Shown here in pieces: positions 37,101 through 46,096 of a stretch of DNA of 64,000 nucleotides; the first letter of the stretch is position 1, and each line of letters begins with the position of its first letter. The stretch is from the NCBI GenBank assembly GCA_022750115.1, contig JAKIWI010000003.1, positions 175,948 through 239,947 of the forward strand, read 5' to 3'. A program made the translations under genes and the position numbers. A model generated the notes under the pieces. It was not told the origin of the DNA, did no database searches, and saw only the letters and a list, made by a program, of their open reading frames with translations. This DNA is from Thermoplasmata archaeon. GTDB taxonomy: Archaea; Thermoplasmatota; Thermoplasmata; Lutacidiplasmatales; UBA184.

Positions 37101-38106
37101 GCAGACCCTCGGCCTGCAAGCCAGCTCGGTCAACGGCTCCGGGACGATCGGCTACTCGTGGCAGGGATTGCCCACGGGGTGCGGGACGTCGCCGCTCGCT
37201 CGGATCTACTGTGCTCCCTCGACCGCCGGCGGCTTCGTTGTGGTGGTGACCGGGACCGATGCCGTCGGCGTATCGGTGGCTTCTCCCGCCGTTGCTGTGA
37301 CGGTGTTTCCGATCCTGAACGCCACGCTTCACCTCGCACCCACCTCGATCGACCTGGGGCAGGCCGCCAGCCTCTCGGTGAATGTCTCGGGAGGGGCGCC
37401 GCAGGATGCGATCACGTTCAGCGGCCTTCCGTCGGGCTGCCCGAGTGAGAATGCCACCTCGATCCGCTGTGTCGCCGGGGCACAGGGAACTTTCCACATC
37501 CGGGCCCACGTCACCGATTCCGTCGGCGGCAGCGCAAACGGCTCGGCGTCCCTCGTGGTCAACCCGGGACTCGCCGTGTCGGGGTTCTGGGTCAACACCT
37601 CGTTCATCAATCTCGGCGACAACGTGACGTTCACGTTCGCCGCCATCGGCGGGAGCGGCGCCCGATCGTACTCGTACACGGCCCTGCCCCCGGGGTGCGC
37701 CTCGTCCAACACCTCCCTCCTCTCGTGCCGCCCCTCAGCCGCCGGAAATTTCACTGTGGACGCCCTCGTGGCCGACGCGGCCGGAGAACACGCGGGCGCG
37801 AACGTTTCGCTGTTGGTGTTGCCCGCACCCGGCGGTGGGACGACGGCGACCGGTCTCTCCGGAGCGATACCGTACGAGCTCCTGGGCGCAGTCGGAGCGG
37901 CCATCCTCGCGGTACTGCTCGTTTGGCGGCGATATCGCCGACCCCCGACGGGCACGACGGGCGCCAGGACGGAGGCGGAGCAGGACCGGGAGGTGGGGCA
38001 CGATCCGGGCGTTGCGGAAGCGCACCTGGATTCGGAACCCACGGAACGCGGGAGCCCGCTCGATCATCCCAATCGGGGTCGTTCCCGTCGGCCTGCGACC
38101 GGATAG
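34111..38106 (+). CDS. giant surface protein: Kelch-type beta-propeller region followed by multiple PKD domains and C-terminal TM anchor
   Basis: ~1330 aa; repeated VLFGG / WxF blades in first ~600 aa; PKD hallmarks GGVPPYLLNW, GGVAPFLTIWRFGDGAWSN, GGVPPIQSSWNFGDGAT; anchor AILAVLLVWRRYRR; abundant NxS/T sequons; start could be a later in-frame Met. Confidence 0.7.
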   Translation: MHSLLRAPGFPNAMGAAGARSDAPTSDLARFRHRGVLWAVLFVAAAGTMGLPAGLSGIVDATASANSLAGVPVPPPGRALGAPPSAITPTLPSGAAGHAVESMAAASANASAWWPCRLCGPPARANFTLVSDPRNGELVLQGGYARATGYSPDVWTSRNGHWTESFAYPNIGRRQGAAAAYDPAIGETVLFGGLYGWDYSDTWLFDGTNWTQPACSSTCPPPARFGASMAYDAQDQYLLMFGGRACVDFSCPLNSSLSNDSWMYRAGAWTQLAPPVSPSPRAWASMVYDARDGYVVLFGGENGGLLSDTWTFRSGIWTNVTSLAGGAPAARAYASATYDPIGGRVVLFGGRTAIGPTNDLWQFAGAAWNPLPVLPGPIPAPRTGAGLAYDPTAGDLVLVGGAAGGGAKDLGDFWELRGDRWTVSPVHQSASSGQVIAYDAKDHEQVLFGGGTIGLLGDATWRFQNGAWKDISNLSPTLPNPRFSTQMTYDARDGYVLLFGGYGCFSPGCTGGIFGQGPLNDTWSFSGGNWSPITTPVAPPTTENGGLTYDSTDQEVVLLTECSCSVSSPVTETWTYAAGVWTNVTANQSVQPSFGSGGVSIADSPWDKGVILFGGQGFNSTWLFSNGSWSNITGTVGPGPASRYDAGFALDSTEGSPVLFGGFLQPVCSTCLPTVNDTWVFHHGRWVNASGGWAPTPRGTGQVADDPADRGALLWGESGGLNAADTWWYGPPPNLTVDPRASPPVVDASLPVQLFAGESGGVPPYLLNWTQGNRTLGSTPTLTEQFGAPGHYVVGINASDRNNHSANATTSVDLVANLTETANASSTQDAAGVAIQFAGSHNGGVAPFLTIWRFGDGAWSNRSNCSHVFQTSGSYTVWFWTNDSAGASVGTPIALTVTAAISTAVTESANVTDVGVAVVFNATAMGGVPPIQSSWNFGDGATAIGPSASHIFLAPGHYVVQSWANDSVGGSVTASIALTVNARPVVSLVSSGPLDLGQTLGLQASSVNGSGTIGYSWQGLPTGCGTSPLARIYCAPSTAGGFVVVVTGTDAVGVSVASPAVAVTVFPILNATLHLAPTSIDLGQAASLSVNVSGGAPQDAITFSGLPSGCPSENATSIRCVAGAQGTFHIRAHVTDSVGGSANGSASLVVNPGLAVSGFWVNTSFINLGDNVTFTFAAIGGSGARSYSYTALPPGCASSNTSLLSCRPSAAGNFTVDALVADAAGEHAGANVSLLVLPAPGGGTTATGLSGAIPYELLGAVGAAILAVLLVWRRYRRPPTGTTGARTEAEQDREVGHDPGVAEAHLDSEPTERGSPLDHPNRGRSRRPATG

Positions 38107-38280
38107 GAGCGGCCTCGGGAGAGGCCCGAGTCGCAACCGGACCGAGGTATCGCGAGCCGTATCGCGGCTAAGGTTGAAGAGCGGCAGCCCTGTGCGCCGG
38201 CACGGTGGCCTGGCCCACCCCTACGGGGGGTGGTCCGGTACGCCATACGGACCGGGGACTCGGGGGCGCGCGCAGTGTCG

Positions 38281-41200
38281 ATGTCGTACCGACGGTTCCC
38301 AGGGATCCGGTGGATTCCGATCAGCGTCGTTCTCCTCGTGCTCCTGACGGGGAACGGGTTCGCCTTGTCTCCCCCGGGGAGCGCGCCTCATTCGCCGGGC
38401 ACCGCGACCTCGGGCGCAACGGAGCTACGTGCGGTCGGCCCCGCCACGTCGCCGCCCGTCAACGTGACCCTCACGATCGGGAACCGGGCCGCGAACATCT
38501 CGAGCCAGTTCTTCGGCACCACGGTGAACAACGAAGTGCGGATGTTCCGCGGCGAAGCGACCGCGGTGAACGCCACCCCGGCGCGGGTCCTGGTCTGGCC
38601 CGGCGCCATGGCGGGCGAAGACTACGACCCGCTCACCCAGACCCACTACGACACGTATTCCGGAATTCCCAAGCACGCCCTCACGAACGAGAGCCAGTTC
38701 GTGCAATTGTGCAAGGCCACCCACTGCACCGCGATCGTCCAGGTCCCCGCCGAGATCGACAACGCCAGCTTCGCCGAGGCCGTCGTGAACTACACCGAGG
38801 TCAACCTGAGCTTCACCCCGGCCTACTGGATGATCGGCAACGAACCGGAGCTCTGGTCGCATTGGAAGCTCCCGTGGAAGGACTGGGCGACCCAGTCCAG
38901 CGGAGGCCCCGACCCGACCCAGTTCGGGCACGAGGTCGTCGCCTACGTGAAAGCGATCCGGGCGGTGGACAGCACGACCCCGATCCTCGGCCTGCCCGCC
39001 TCCGGCTGCACCTGCGGCTCGTGGACGTTCCCGCAGTGGATCTCGGGCGTCCTGAACGTCACCGGCTCGAAGATCCAGTCCGTGGCGTTCCACGAGTACC
39101 CCGCCGGCTGGCTTGGGACCGGGGACGGGAGCCTCGAGGACTTCTACGGGACGATCCAGAGCGCCGCGGGCATTCCGCCCCGGCTCGTCGCAGCCCGCGC
39201 CGCGGTCACGTCGTCGTGCCCCGGTTGCAACGTCTCGGTCTTCATCAGCGAGCTCGGCGCGGCGCTGTCCTGGTCGGCGTACGGCCAGTATTCGATTGGC
39301 TTCTCCGGGCCGTTGAGCCTCGCTTCCCAGATCACCCAGTCGATGGACCTGAACCTCACGAACGTCGACCTGTTCGCGACGGAGCTCACGACCACGAACT
39401 CGTGGTTCAACAACACCGGCCACGCCCGCGTGGACTACTCCCTCTACACCGGGATCCTGAACCACCTCGGCACCGAGGCCTTCCCCGTCAACATCACCGG
39501 GCTCGGGAACACGATCTACGGGATCGACACCATCGCTCCGGGCGATCACGGCCGCCGGGACCTGATGGTCGTGAACGACAACATCACCCATTCGATCTCC
39601 TTCGCCCCTCGATTCGCTGAGTCCTCGGTGAGCGCGCCCGTCGAGGCGTGGAGCTGGAACGGTTCGATCCACGCGACCGCCGGAAACGGAACCACCTGGG
39701 TGGAGCCGTACACCCCGCAGCCGGTCCCGCACGAGTTCTCCGACGGGCTGCCCGGGAACTACACGCTGCCGCCGCAGAGCCTGGTCCTGTTCGAGATGTA
39801 TCCGTCGGGCGCGACGTACGTCCGCGTCCTCGAGAACGGGGTGCCGGCCCCGACGGCCTGGTACGCCAGCGTCGGCCCGCAGTTCTACGGGACGACCGCC
39901 GACAACATCTCGCTCCTGCTCCCCGCGGGGTCGTACCCCGTCGCCTCGGTGCCCATTCCCCTCCCGATCGGCGGGCGCGAGCGCACCCCGATCGAGCAGC
40001 TGGCCCCCAACGCTCCCTCGCCGTTCCAGGTGAGCGGCTCCCACGCGAACGTCACCGTCACCTTCCTCACGCAGTGGGCCGTGAACGCCTCCGCCTCCCC
40101 CGCCATCGGGGGCACCGTCGCGCCGAACGTCGGGTGGTGGAACTCGAACGAGTCGTTGAACCTCACGGCCACGCCGACGCTCGGCTACGCCTTCGTCGGC
40201 TGGAGCGGATTTGGTCCGGGAAACTACAGCGGGGGGGGACGGACGGCCACCCTCACCCCGACCGGTCGGGTCTCCGAGAAGGCGCGGTTCGTGGTGGGCA
40301 ACCAAGTCGTCTTCGAAGAGTCCGGGCTGACCGCGGGGACGCCGTGGTCGGTGGACGTCCGCAGTTTCACGTCGACCTCCATCTCCAACCTCCTTACGGT
40401 CTACGAGCCGAACGGCCACTTCGGATTCTCCCTGAGCAATGTCGCGGGATTCCGGACGATCCCTCGGAACGGCAGCTTCAGCGTCGCGGGCGGGTGGAGC
40501 CTCGTCCACGTGCGGTACGACCCGATCACGCCGCCCCAACCGCAGTACCAGGTGACGTTCCAGATCGCGGGCCTCCCGTCCTCGATGACGGTCGCGATCA
40601 CCGTGCGGAACGTGACCGAGACCACCGGCTACTTCGTTCCCCAGTACCAGCTCGGGAACGGCACCTACGCCTACCGTGTGGGCGCCGAACCGGGGTACCA
40701 CGTCGCGGTGCCGGACAAGACGTTCGTCGTGAACGGCGGCTCGCTCGTCGTCACGGTCCCGTTCGTTCCGACCGTCTACACGGCGACCTGGGAGGCGGCG
40801 GGAACCCACCCCGGACTGAACTGGAGCGTCGTCGTCAACGGCTTGACCATCGTCGCGAGCTCGGCGTGGGTGTCGACCTCGTTGCCGAACGGCACCTACC
40901 CGTACGCGATCGTGTTCCCCGCCAACTACACCGCGAGCCCCTCGACGGGGGTCCTGTCGATCGGCGGCTCCGGGGTCCAGCAGCCGCTCGCGTTCTCCCT
41001 CGCGGAGTACCGAACCTGGTTCGACGCTTCGGGCCTCGGCTCGACGACCGCCTGGTCGGTACGGCTCGGGAACTCGACGCAGGGAACCTCGACCAACCGG
41101 ACGGCGTTCCTGGCGGCCAACGGCACCTACACCTTCGACGTGCACGCCCCGACCGGCTACTACGCGGTCCCCTCGCACGGGACCCTGACGATCTCCGGGT

Positions 41201-41364
41201 CGATGCCGTCGACCCACATCCAGTTCTATCCCGTCTCCGAACTGCCCTCGGCGGCCCTGGTCGCCGCCCTGAGCTCGGGCGCCCTCATGACCTCGATCTG
41301 GATCGGCGGGTCGATCTTCGTCGGGTTTGCCGCCGTCCGCGGGCTGCGGCGCCGGGACGGTTGA
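38281..41364 (+). CDS. surface-anchored protein with N-terminal clan GH-A-like (TIM-barrel) glycoside hydrolase domain, beta-sandwich repeats and C-terminal TM anchor
   Basis: Signal peptide MSYRRFPGIRWIPISVVLLVLLTGNGFALSPP; WMIGNEPELW (NEP acid/base motif of clan GH-A) and ISELG (candidate nucleophile); C-terminal IWIGGSIFVGFAAVRGLRRR anchor; antisense 1119-aa ORF rejected. Confidence 0.55.
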   Translation: MSYRRFPGIRWIPISVVLLVLLTGNGFALSPPGSAPHSPGTATSGATELRAVGPATSPPVNVTLTIGNRAANISSQFFGTTVNNEVRMFRGEATAVNATPARVLVWPGAMAGEDYDPLTQTHYDTYSGIPKHALTNESQFVQLCKATHCTAIVQVPAEIDNASFAEAVVNYTEVNLSFTPAYWMIGNEPELWSHWKLPWKDWATQSSGGPDPTQFGHEVVAYVKAIRAVDSTTPILGLPASGCTCGSWTFPQWISGVLNVTGSKIQSVAFHEYPAGWLGTGDGSLEDFYGTIQSAAGIPPRLVAARAAVTSSCPGCNVSVFISELGAALSWSAYGQYSIGFSGPLSLASQITQSMDLNLTNVDLFATELTTTNSWFNNTGHARVDYSLYTGILNHLGTEAFPVNITGLGNTIYGIDTIAPGDHGRRDLMVVNDNITHSISFAPRFAESSVSAPVEAWSWNGSIHATAGNGTTWVEPYTPQPVPHEFSDGLPGNYTLPPQSLVLFEMYPSGATYVRVLENGVPAPTAWYASVGPQFYGTTADNISLLLPAGSYPVASVPIPLPIGGRERTPIEQLAPNAPSPFQVSGSHANVTVTFLTQWAVNASASPAIGGTVAPNVGWWNSNESLNLTATPTLGYAFVGWSGFGPGNYSGGGRTATLTPTGRVSEKARFVVGNQVVFEESGLTAGTPWSVDVRSFTSTSISNLLTVYEPNGHFGFSLSNVAGFRTIPRNGSFSVAGGWSLVHVRYDPITPPQPQYQVTFQIAGLPSSMTVAITVRNVTETTGYFVPQYQLGNGTYAYRVGAEPGYHVAVPDKTFVVNGGSLVVTVPFVPTVYTATWEAAGTHPGLNWSVVVNGLTIVASSAWVSTSLPNGTYPYAIVFPANYTASPSTGVLSIGGSGVQQPLAFSLAEYRTWFDASGLGSTTAWSVRLGNSTQGTSTNRTAFLAANGTYTFDVHAPTGYYAVPSHGTLTISGSMPSTHIQFYPVSELPSAALVAALSSGALMTSIWIGGSIFVGFAAVRGLRRRDG

Positions 41365-43492
41365 TTCTCCCGATGGCCGGGAGCGGACGCGGGCGACGCG
41401 TACCGCGCCCTCGGGAGCTGTGATCCCCCTGCTCCCGCTCGACAACCTCGAAGACTTCGTCCAGTCGCTCGGGATTCCCGTCGGCGGGATCCTCGTCGGC
41501 CTCGCGCTCGGAGTCGCGTTGTTCGCGACGGCGGATTGGCTCCGCCATCGTCCTGCGAAGTCGGTCGTCGGCACCGTGCCGATCCGGATCGTCCCGGACC
41601 CCTCCGAGGCCGCCGCGACCCCCCCCGGAACCTCGGCCGTCCCGTCCGCGCCCGTCACGGTGTCGTCTGCGGAGGGGTCACGTACCGTGTTCCTGCGGGG
41701 GGCGGGGCTCTCGCCGAACGCCCCCCTCCCCCGGGCGCGCCGGTTCATCGCAATTCTAGTGGGGTCGTTCGTGGCCCTTTCCACGATCGAGCTCGCGCTG
41801 TTCTCGCGGCTGTTCCTTCCGTACGACCATCTCGTCGGCTATGCCGGCACCGCTCTGTTCTGGCCGACGCCGTGGCCGGGGGTGTACGCGGTAAACTCGG
41901 CGTCGCAGCTCGTTCCCGACTACATCTTCCCGATGTACCTCGCCGCGATGGCAGCGTTCGTCATCGCGAGCGGCCTCCTCTACCGCCGCCCCGCGCTCCC
42001 GCGGTACCGCCGGGCGCTGGCGGTCGGGCTGATCCTCCTCTACGTCGGCGTCGAGGTGATCTTGGACGCGGTGTTCTTCACCGTCCCGGGTCAGAGCGTC
42101 AAGAACTTCGCCATCGTCGTCCGCACGATGACCGGTGGGGTGTTCCTCTCCGGCCTCGCCTTCTGCGCGCTGTTCCTGCCGACGCCGCAGCGGGTGAAAC
42201 CTCGATTCCGTCGCGACCCGAACGCGCTGCTCCAGTTCTTCGGGACGGGGATCATCGCCATCGCGGTCGCGGGCGCGGCCTTGATCCTCGTCGACCGCTA
42301 CCTCGGGGACGATGGAGTGCTGCTGCCGTTCACGCTCCTCCTGCTCCTGCCGCTGGTGACGCTCGAGACGTTCATCGCCCTCAATCGACCGCAGTACTTC
42401 CGCCAGCTCCGCCGCCGTCCGCTCCCGCCGCTCTCCCGCTACCATCCGCCGGTGTCGATCGTCATGCCGGCGTACAACGAGGAGCGGTGGATCGCCGAGG
42501 CGATCCGGTGCGCCGACGTCGCCGCGGGCAAGTACCCGGGTCCCGTCGAGATCATCGTCGGCAACGACGGCTCGACGGACCGGACCTCGGAGATCGCCCG
42601 CACCGCGATCCTGGGCCTTCAACACGCGAAGGGGATGGTCGTCGACCTCCCGCACGCCGGGAAGTCGAACGGGCTCAACGGCGCGCTCGCGCTCGCGACG
42701 GGGGACATCGTGATCCGGCTCGACGCCGACACGTTCGTGTCCGAACGCTTCGGGTTCGCCGCGATCATCCCGCACTTCGCGGACCCGCAGATCGGCGGGG
42801 TACAGGGTTCGATCCACCCCCGCCAGCGCACGGGGTGGACCCGCAAGCTCCGCGCGCTCGAGATCGCCTGGGGCCACTACTTCCAGCGACCGGCCGTGAT
42901 GGGGGCCCGCTCGGGCGAGGTGATCGACGGCCTGTTCTCCGCCTTCCGCCGCAAGGACCTCGTCTCGCTCGGCGGCTGGGTCCCGTGGAACGGCGAGGAC
43001 ACCGAGCTGTCGATGCGGATCCAGCGGCTCGGCTACCGGGTCCGGATGGAGTTCGGGGCGCGGGCCTACGAGGACGTCCCCGAGAACTACGAGGCGCTCC
43101 GGCGGCAGCGCGTCCGATGGGCCCGCGGCATGCTGATGGCCAACGGCCAGCACTACCCCTCGCTCGTCGGGAACACCCCCGAGTTCGCCGGCCTCGGCGT
43201 GTTCCTCTGGTTCCTCACCTTCGCGCGCTCGGGCGTGCGCAGCCTCGTCTACGTGTTCCTGGTCCTGCTGCTGCTGCTACTGGGCGTCCACGCGCTCATC
43301 GACGTCGCCTACCTGCTGCTGCTCGCGCTCGTGCTCCGCGCCGTCCCGCTCGCCTACTTCCTCGGGAAGATGGGGCGCTGGGACATGCTGGTCTGGATTC
43401 CGTTCTTCCCGATCGCGAGCGTGATCAAACAGTCGTTCCGGTTCGAGGCGTTCGGGCTGATGGGCCCCGAGGCGAATCACGAGTACGCCTGA
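41327..43492 (+). CDS. processive family-2 glycosyltransferase (cellulose/chitin/hyaluronan-synthase-like) with N- and C-terminal TM bundles
   Basis: SIVMPAYNEERWI, GNDGSTDRT, DAD (DxD), QRVRWARG (QxxRW) motifs; ~8 N-terminal and ~4 C-terminal TM helices; alternative GTG start at 41420 avoids overlap with upstream gene. Confidence 0.8.
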   Translation: MPPSAGCGAGTVDSPDGRERTRATRTAPSGAVIPLLPLDNLEDFVQSLGIPVGGILVGLALGVALFATADWLRHRPAKSVVGTVPIRIVPDPSEAAATPPGTSAVPSAPVTVSSAEGSRTVFLRGAGLSPNAPLPRARRFIAILVGSFVALSTIELALFSRLFLPYDHLVGYAGTALFWPTPWPGVYAVNSASQLVPDYIFPMYLAAMAAFVIASGLLYRRPALPRYRRALAVGLILLYVGVEVILDAVFFTVPGQSVKNFAIVVRTMTGGVFLSGLAFCALFLPTPQRVKPRFRRDPNALLQFFGTGIIAIAVAGAALILVDRYLGDDGVLLPFTLLLLLPLVTLETFIALNRPQYFRQLRRRPLPPLSRYHPPVSIVMPAYNEERWIAEAIRCADVAAGKYPGPVEIIVGNDGSTDRTSEIARTAILGLQHAKGMVVDLPHAGKSNGLNGALALATGDIVIRLDADTFVSERFGFAAIIPHFADPQIGGVQGSIHPRQRTGWTRKLRALEIAWGHYFQRPAVMGARSGEVIDGLFSAFRRKDLVSLGGWVPWNGEDTELSMRIQRLGYRVRMEFGARAYEDVPENYEALRRQRVRWARGMLMANGQHYPSLVGNTPEFAGLGVFLWFLTFARSGVRSLVYVFLVLLLLLLGVHALIDVAYLLLLALVLRAVPLAYFLGKMGRWDMLVWIPFFPIASVIKQSFRFEAFGLMGPEANHEYA

Positions 43493-43514
43493 GGCGCGGT
43501 CGCCGTCGGCGCGC

Positions 43515-43943
43515 CTACGACCGACCGCTCGCCGCCGCCGAAACGCGGCCGACGGTGGAGACCATCGGCACGGGATGCAGCGAGTTCCGCGTGGACCAGC
43601 CCTCGAGGGCGCGGAATAGTTCTCCGAGCTCCGCGGTCTTGGCCGTCGGATGGTACTCGACGCGGGGGGGGATCTCGCTGAACGCCTGGCGGGCAAGGAA
43701 CCCCATGTCCACGAGCGTCTTCAGTCGGTCCGAGAGCGTCTTGGGCGAGATGCCGAGCCGGGTTTGCAGCTGTCCGAACCGGATCGGGGCACCACCGGAC
43801 TCGGCGAAGGCGTGCAGGATGTCGAGCATGCGCGGGCGCCCGAGGACCGAGAACAACTCGGCCACATGACAGCCGCCCGACCCGCGGGCGGACGGTGCCT
43901 CGCCCGAGCGCGTGGGTGCCGGGGCGCGGCGCGGTGCGGGCAT
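43515..43943 (-). CDS. HxlR-family winged-helix transcriptional regulator
   Basis: MLDILHAFAESGGAPIRFGQLQTRLGISPKTLSDRLKTLVDMGFLARQAFSEIPPRVEYHPT matches HxlR-type HTH; start may be the internal Met. Confidence 0.7.
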   Translation of the reverse strand: MPAPRRAPAPTRSGEAPSARGSGGCHVAELFSVLGRPRMLDILHAFAESGGAPIRFGQLQTRLGISPKTLSDRLKTLVDMGFLARQAFSEIPPRVEYHPTAKTAELGELFRALEGWSTRNSLHPVPMVSTVGRVSAAASGRS

Positions 43944-44098
43944 CTTGGACCCAGTATAGAAAGGGAAGCATTAGAAGTTTCGTATCGTGGCAATGCAGAG
44001 GGTGCGGGCCGCCGCGCCTTGAAACTATCCCGATGGTTAGCGACTTTCATAGTATCCAGTGGGTAGTCTAAATACTTCATATTGTATAGTATTGGTCG

Positions 44099-44770
44099 AT
44101 GTCCGCTGCGTCCCCCGCCGCCGCATTGCGCTCCCCTGGGCCGAGCGACCCCGCCGCGATTCTCCGCTTCGGAGAGCTCGCCTCCGAGGAGCGGCTCCGC
44201 ACCGCCGTCGTCGCCCTCGAGCAGAACGGCATCTCCACCACCGTCGTCTCCACGCGCGCCGAGGCGGTCCAGGCCGTGCTCGACCGGATCCCCTCCGGCT
44301 CCGAGGTCCTCGATGCCCCGTCCCAAACGCTGGTCGCGTTGGGGCTCGACGTCGCCCTCGCCGATCCCGCGCGCTTCCACGACATCCGAGCCGAATTGAT
44401 GCGGCTTCGGGAGGAGAAGAAGTCGGACGCCCAGCGGAAGCTCGGCGCCTCCCCCGACGTGATCGTGGGAAGCGTCCACGCGATCACCGAGAAGGGACAG
44501 GTCGTCATCGCCTCCGCGACCGGGAGCCAGCTCGCGCCGTACGTCTCCGGCGCGGGGAAGGTCATCTGGGTCGCCGGCACCCAGAAGATTGTCGCGGATC
44601 TCGACGCCGCCTTCCAGCGGGTCCAGGAGTACACGCTCCCGCGCGAAAGCGAGCGGGCGATGAAGGCGTACGGATTCCCCTCGTTCGTCGCGAAGTTGCT
44701 CGTCGTGAACCGCGAGTTCACCCCCGGGCGCATCCACCTCGTGCTGATCCGCGAGAACCTCGGCTTCTAG
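44099..44770 (+). CDS. LUD-domain (LutC/YkgG-like) protein
   Basis: 223 aa; overall pattern of DUF162/LUD domain (…IVGSVHAITEKGQVVIASATGSQLAPY…VIWVAGTQKIV). Confidence 0.6.
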   Translation: MSAASPAAALRSPGPSDPAAILRFGELASEERLRTAVVALEQNGISTTVVSTRAEAVQAVLDRIPSGSEVLDAPSQTLVALGLDVALADPARFHDIRAELMRLREEKKSDAQRKLGASPDVIVGSVHAITEKGQVVIASATGSQLAPYVSGAGKVIWVAGTQKIVADLDAAFQRVQEYTLPRESERAMKAYGFPSFVAKLLVVNREFTPGRIHLVLIRENLGF

Positions 44771-44789
44771 GCGTCTCCGACCGGGTGAG

Positions 44790-46043
44790 CTAGTCCGCGG
44801 GAACGGTCGATTCCGAGCGGAGCGCGACCTCGAGCCGGTCCTTGAAGCCCGCCGGGCCGACACGCCCCAGCCGGACCGTCGCGCCGCCCAAAGTGGCGAG
44901 GGTACGCCGAATCCCCCGGGCGAGGGGAACGACAACGGTCGCGAGGTCGACGCCGCGCTCCCACCACGCCCGCTCGAGGCAGAGCGCCCCCGCTGTCCGG
45001 TCGAACGTCGGCTCGATACGTCCGACCAATCGGTCCCCGACGAGGACGGGGAGTACGTAGTACCCCCAGCGTCGGTCCGCCGCCGGCTTGTACACTTCCC
45101 AGAGGTACTCGAAGTCAAACAGGGTCCGGGCCCGTTCCCGGCCCGCGACGACGTCGAGGGGTGCCACGAAAACCGCCTCGGTCTCGGCGGTGAGTGGTTT
45201 CCAAAACTTCGGAGTTCCGCCGCTCTCGACCTCCTCCAGGATGGGCTGCCATTCCGTCGGAAGCACGGCGGGCGTCCGATCTCCTTCGACCTCCACCTCG
45301 ACGAGGCGGCCGGCCTCGACGAGCCGTTGACGGATCTGCGCCTTGGTGAGCTTCGACCGCCCGCGCCCGTCCTCCTGGGTCCGCAGGTACGCGATCCCGT
45401 ACTTGCCCGTGAGACCGAGCCAACGAAGGGTCTCCAGGGCGCCTTCGTCCCGCGTCACGTCCCGTGGGAGGGGCTCGGCCATCGCCCCGAACATCCGCTC
45501 CGTCCGGTCGTAGAACTTTCGATTCCCTTCCCGGTGGTGGACGAGAACGTCGAGCTTTCGCCAGAGGTAGTAGAGGGCGAGACCCTCGAGCCGACCGGCA
45601 CGGTAATCGGCCGTTCGCGCCCCCTCGGGGTAGTCACGGGATTCGTGGGGGCCGTTGCGGTCGATGTCGGCGAGGACCCGGCGGACGACGGCCGCATTCT
45701 CCCGGCCCCACGTCTCCCATCGGACGGGGAGTCCCTCGTTCTGCACCCACGACCAGTGGAGCCCGAGCCGCGCGCGCGGCCAGATTGACATCGCCCCCCC
45801 GTGCTCGAAGGCGATTCGCTCGCCGTAGAGCAGCGCCTCGAGGTCTCCCGCTCGGTAGCCCGCGACCCGGCTCGCGAGCACCAGGTCTTGATTGCGGCCG
45901 ACGACGTCGAGCGGGTCGACCTGAATTCGGCGGGTCTCCACCAAGGCGGAGCGGACCCCTTCTCGCCCCCGCCAGCGTCGGCCGGGCCAGAGCCCTTGAA
46001 GCCCCAAAACCATCCGGCGCTCCGTGATTTTCGAGACTTTCAT
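44790..46043 (-). CDS. winged-helix DNA-binding protein of the YcaQ/AlkZ (DUF1006) family, putative DNA glycosylase
   Basis: 417 aa; C-terminal RRWGYYVLPVLVGDRLVGRIEP block typical of DUF1006/HTH_42. Confidence 0.5.
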   Translation of the reverse strand: MKVSKITERRMVLGLQGLWPGRRWRGREGVRSALVETRRIQVDPLDVVGRNQDLVLASRVAGYRAGDLEALLYGERIAFEHGGAMSIWPRARLGLHWSWVQNEGLPVRWETWGRENAAVVRRVLADIDRNGPHESRDYPEGARTADYRAGRLEGLALYYLWRKLDVLVHHREGNRKFYDRTERMFGAMAEPLPRDVTRDEGALETLRWLGLTGKYGIAYLRTQEDGRGRSKLTKAQIRQRLVEAGRLVEVEVEGDRTPAVLPTEWQPILEEVESGGTPKFWKPLTAETEAVFVAPLDVVAGRERARTLFDFEYLWEVYKPAADRRWGYYVLPVLVGDRLVGRIEPTFDRTAGALCLERAWWERGVDLATVVVPLARGIRRTLATLGGATVRLGRVGPAGFKDRLEVALRSESTVPAD

Positions 46044-46096
46044 GACGCGCCGATTCGGGGACGGCCGACCATGGCGATAAGGCGACCCGGGCGGCG

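Noticed and set aside
38425-41784. 1119-aa minus-strand ORF
   Set aside because: Antisense shadow of the plus-strand surface glycosidase-like gene. Its translation is Arg/Gly/Asp-rich low complexity with no motifs. The plus strand has a signal peptide, NEP motif, sequons and a TM anchor.
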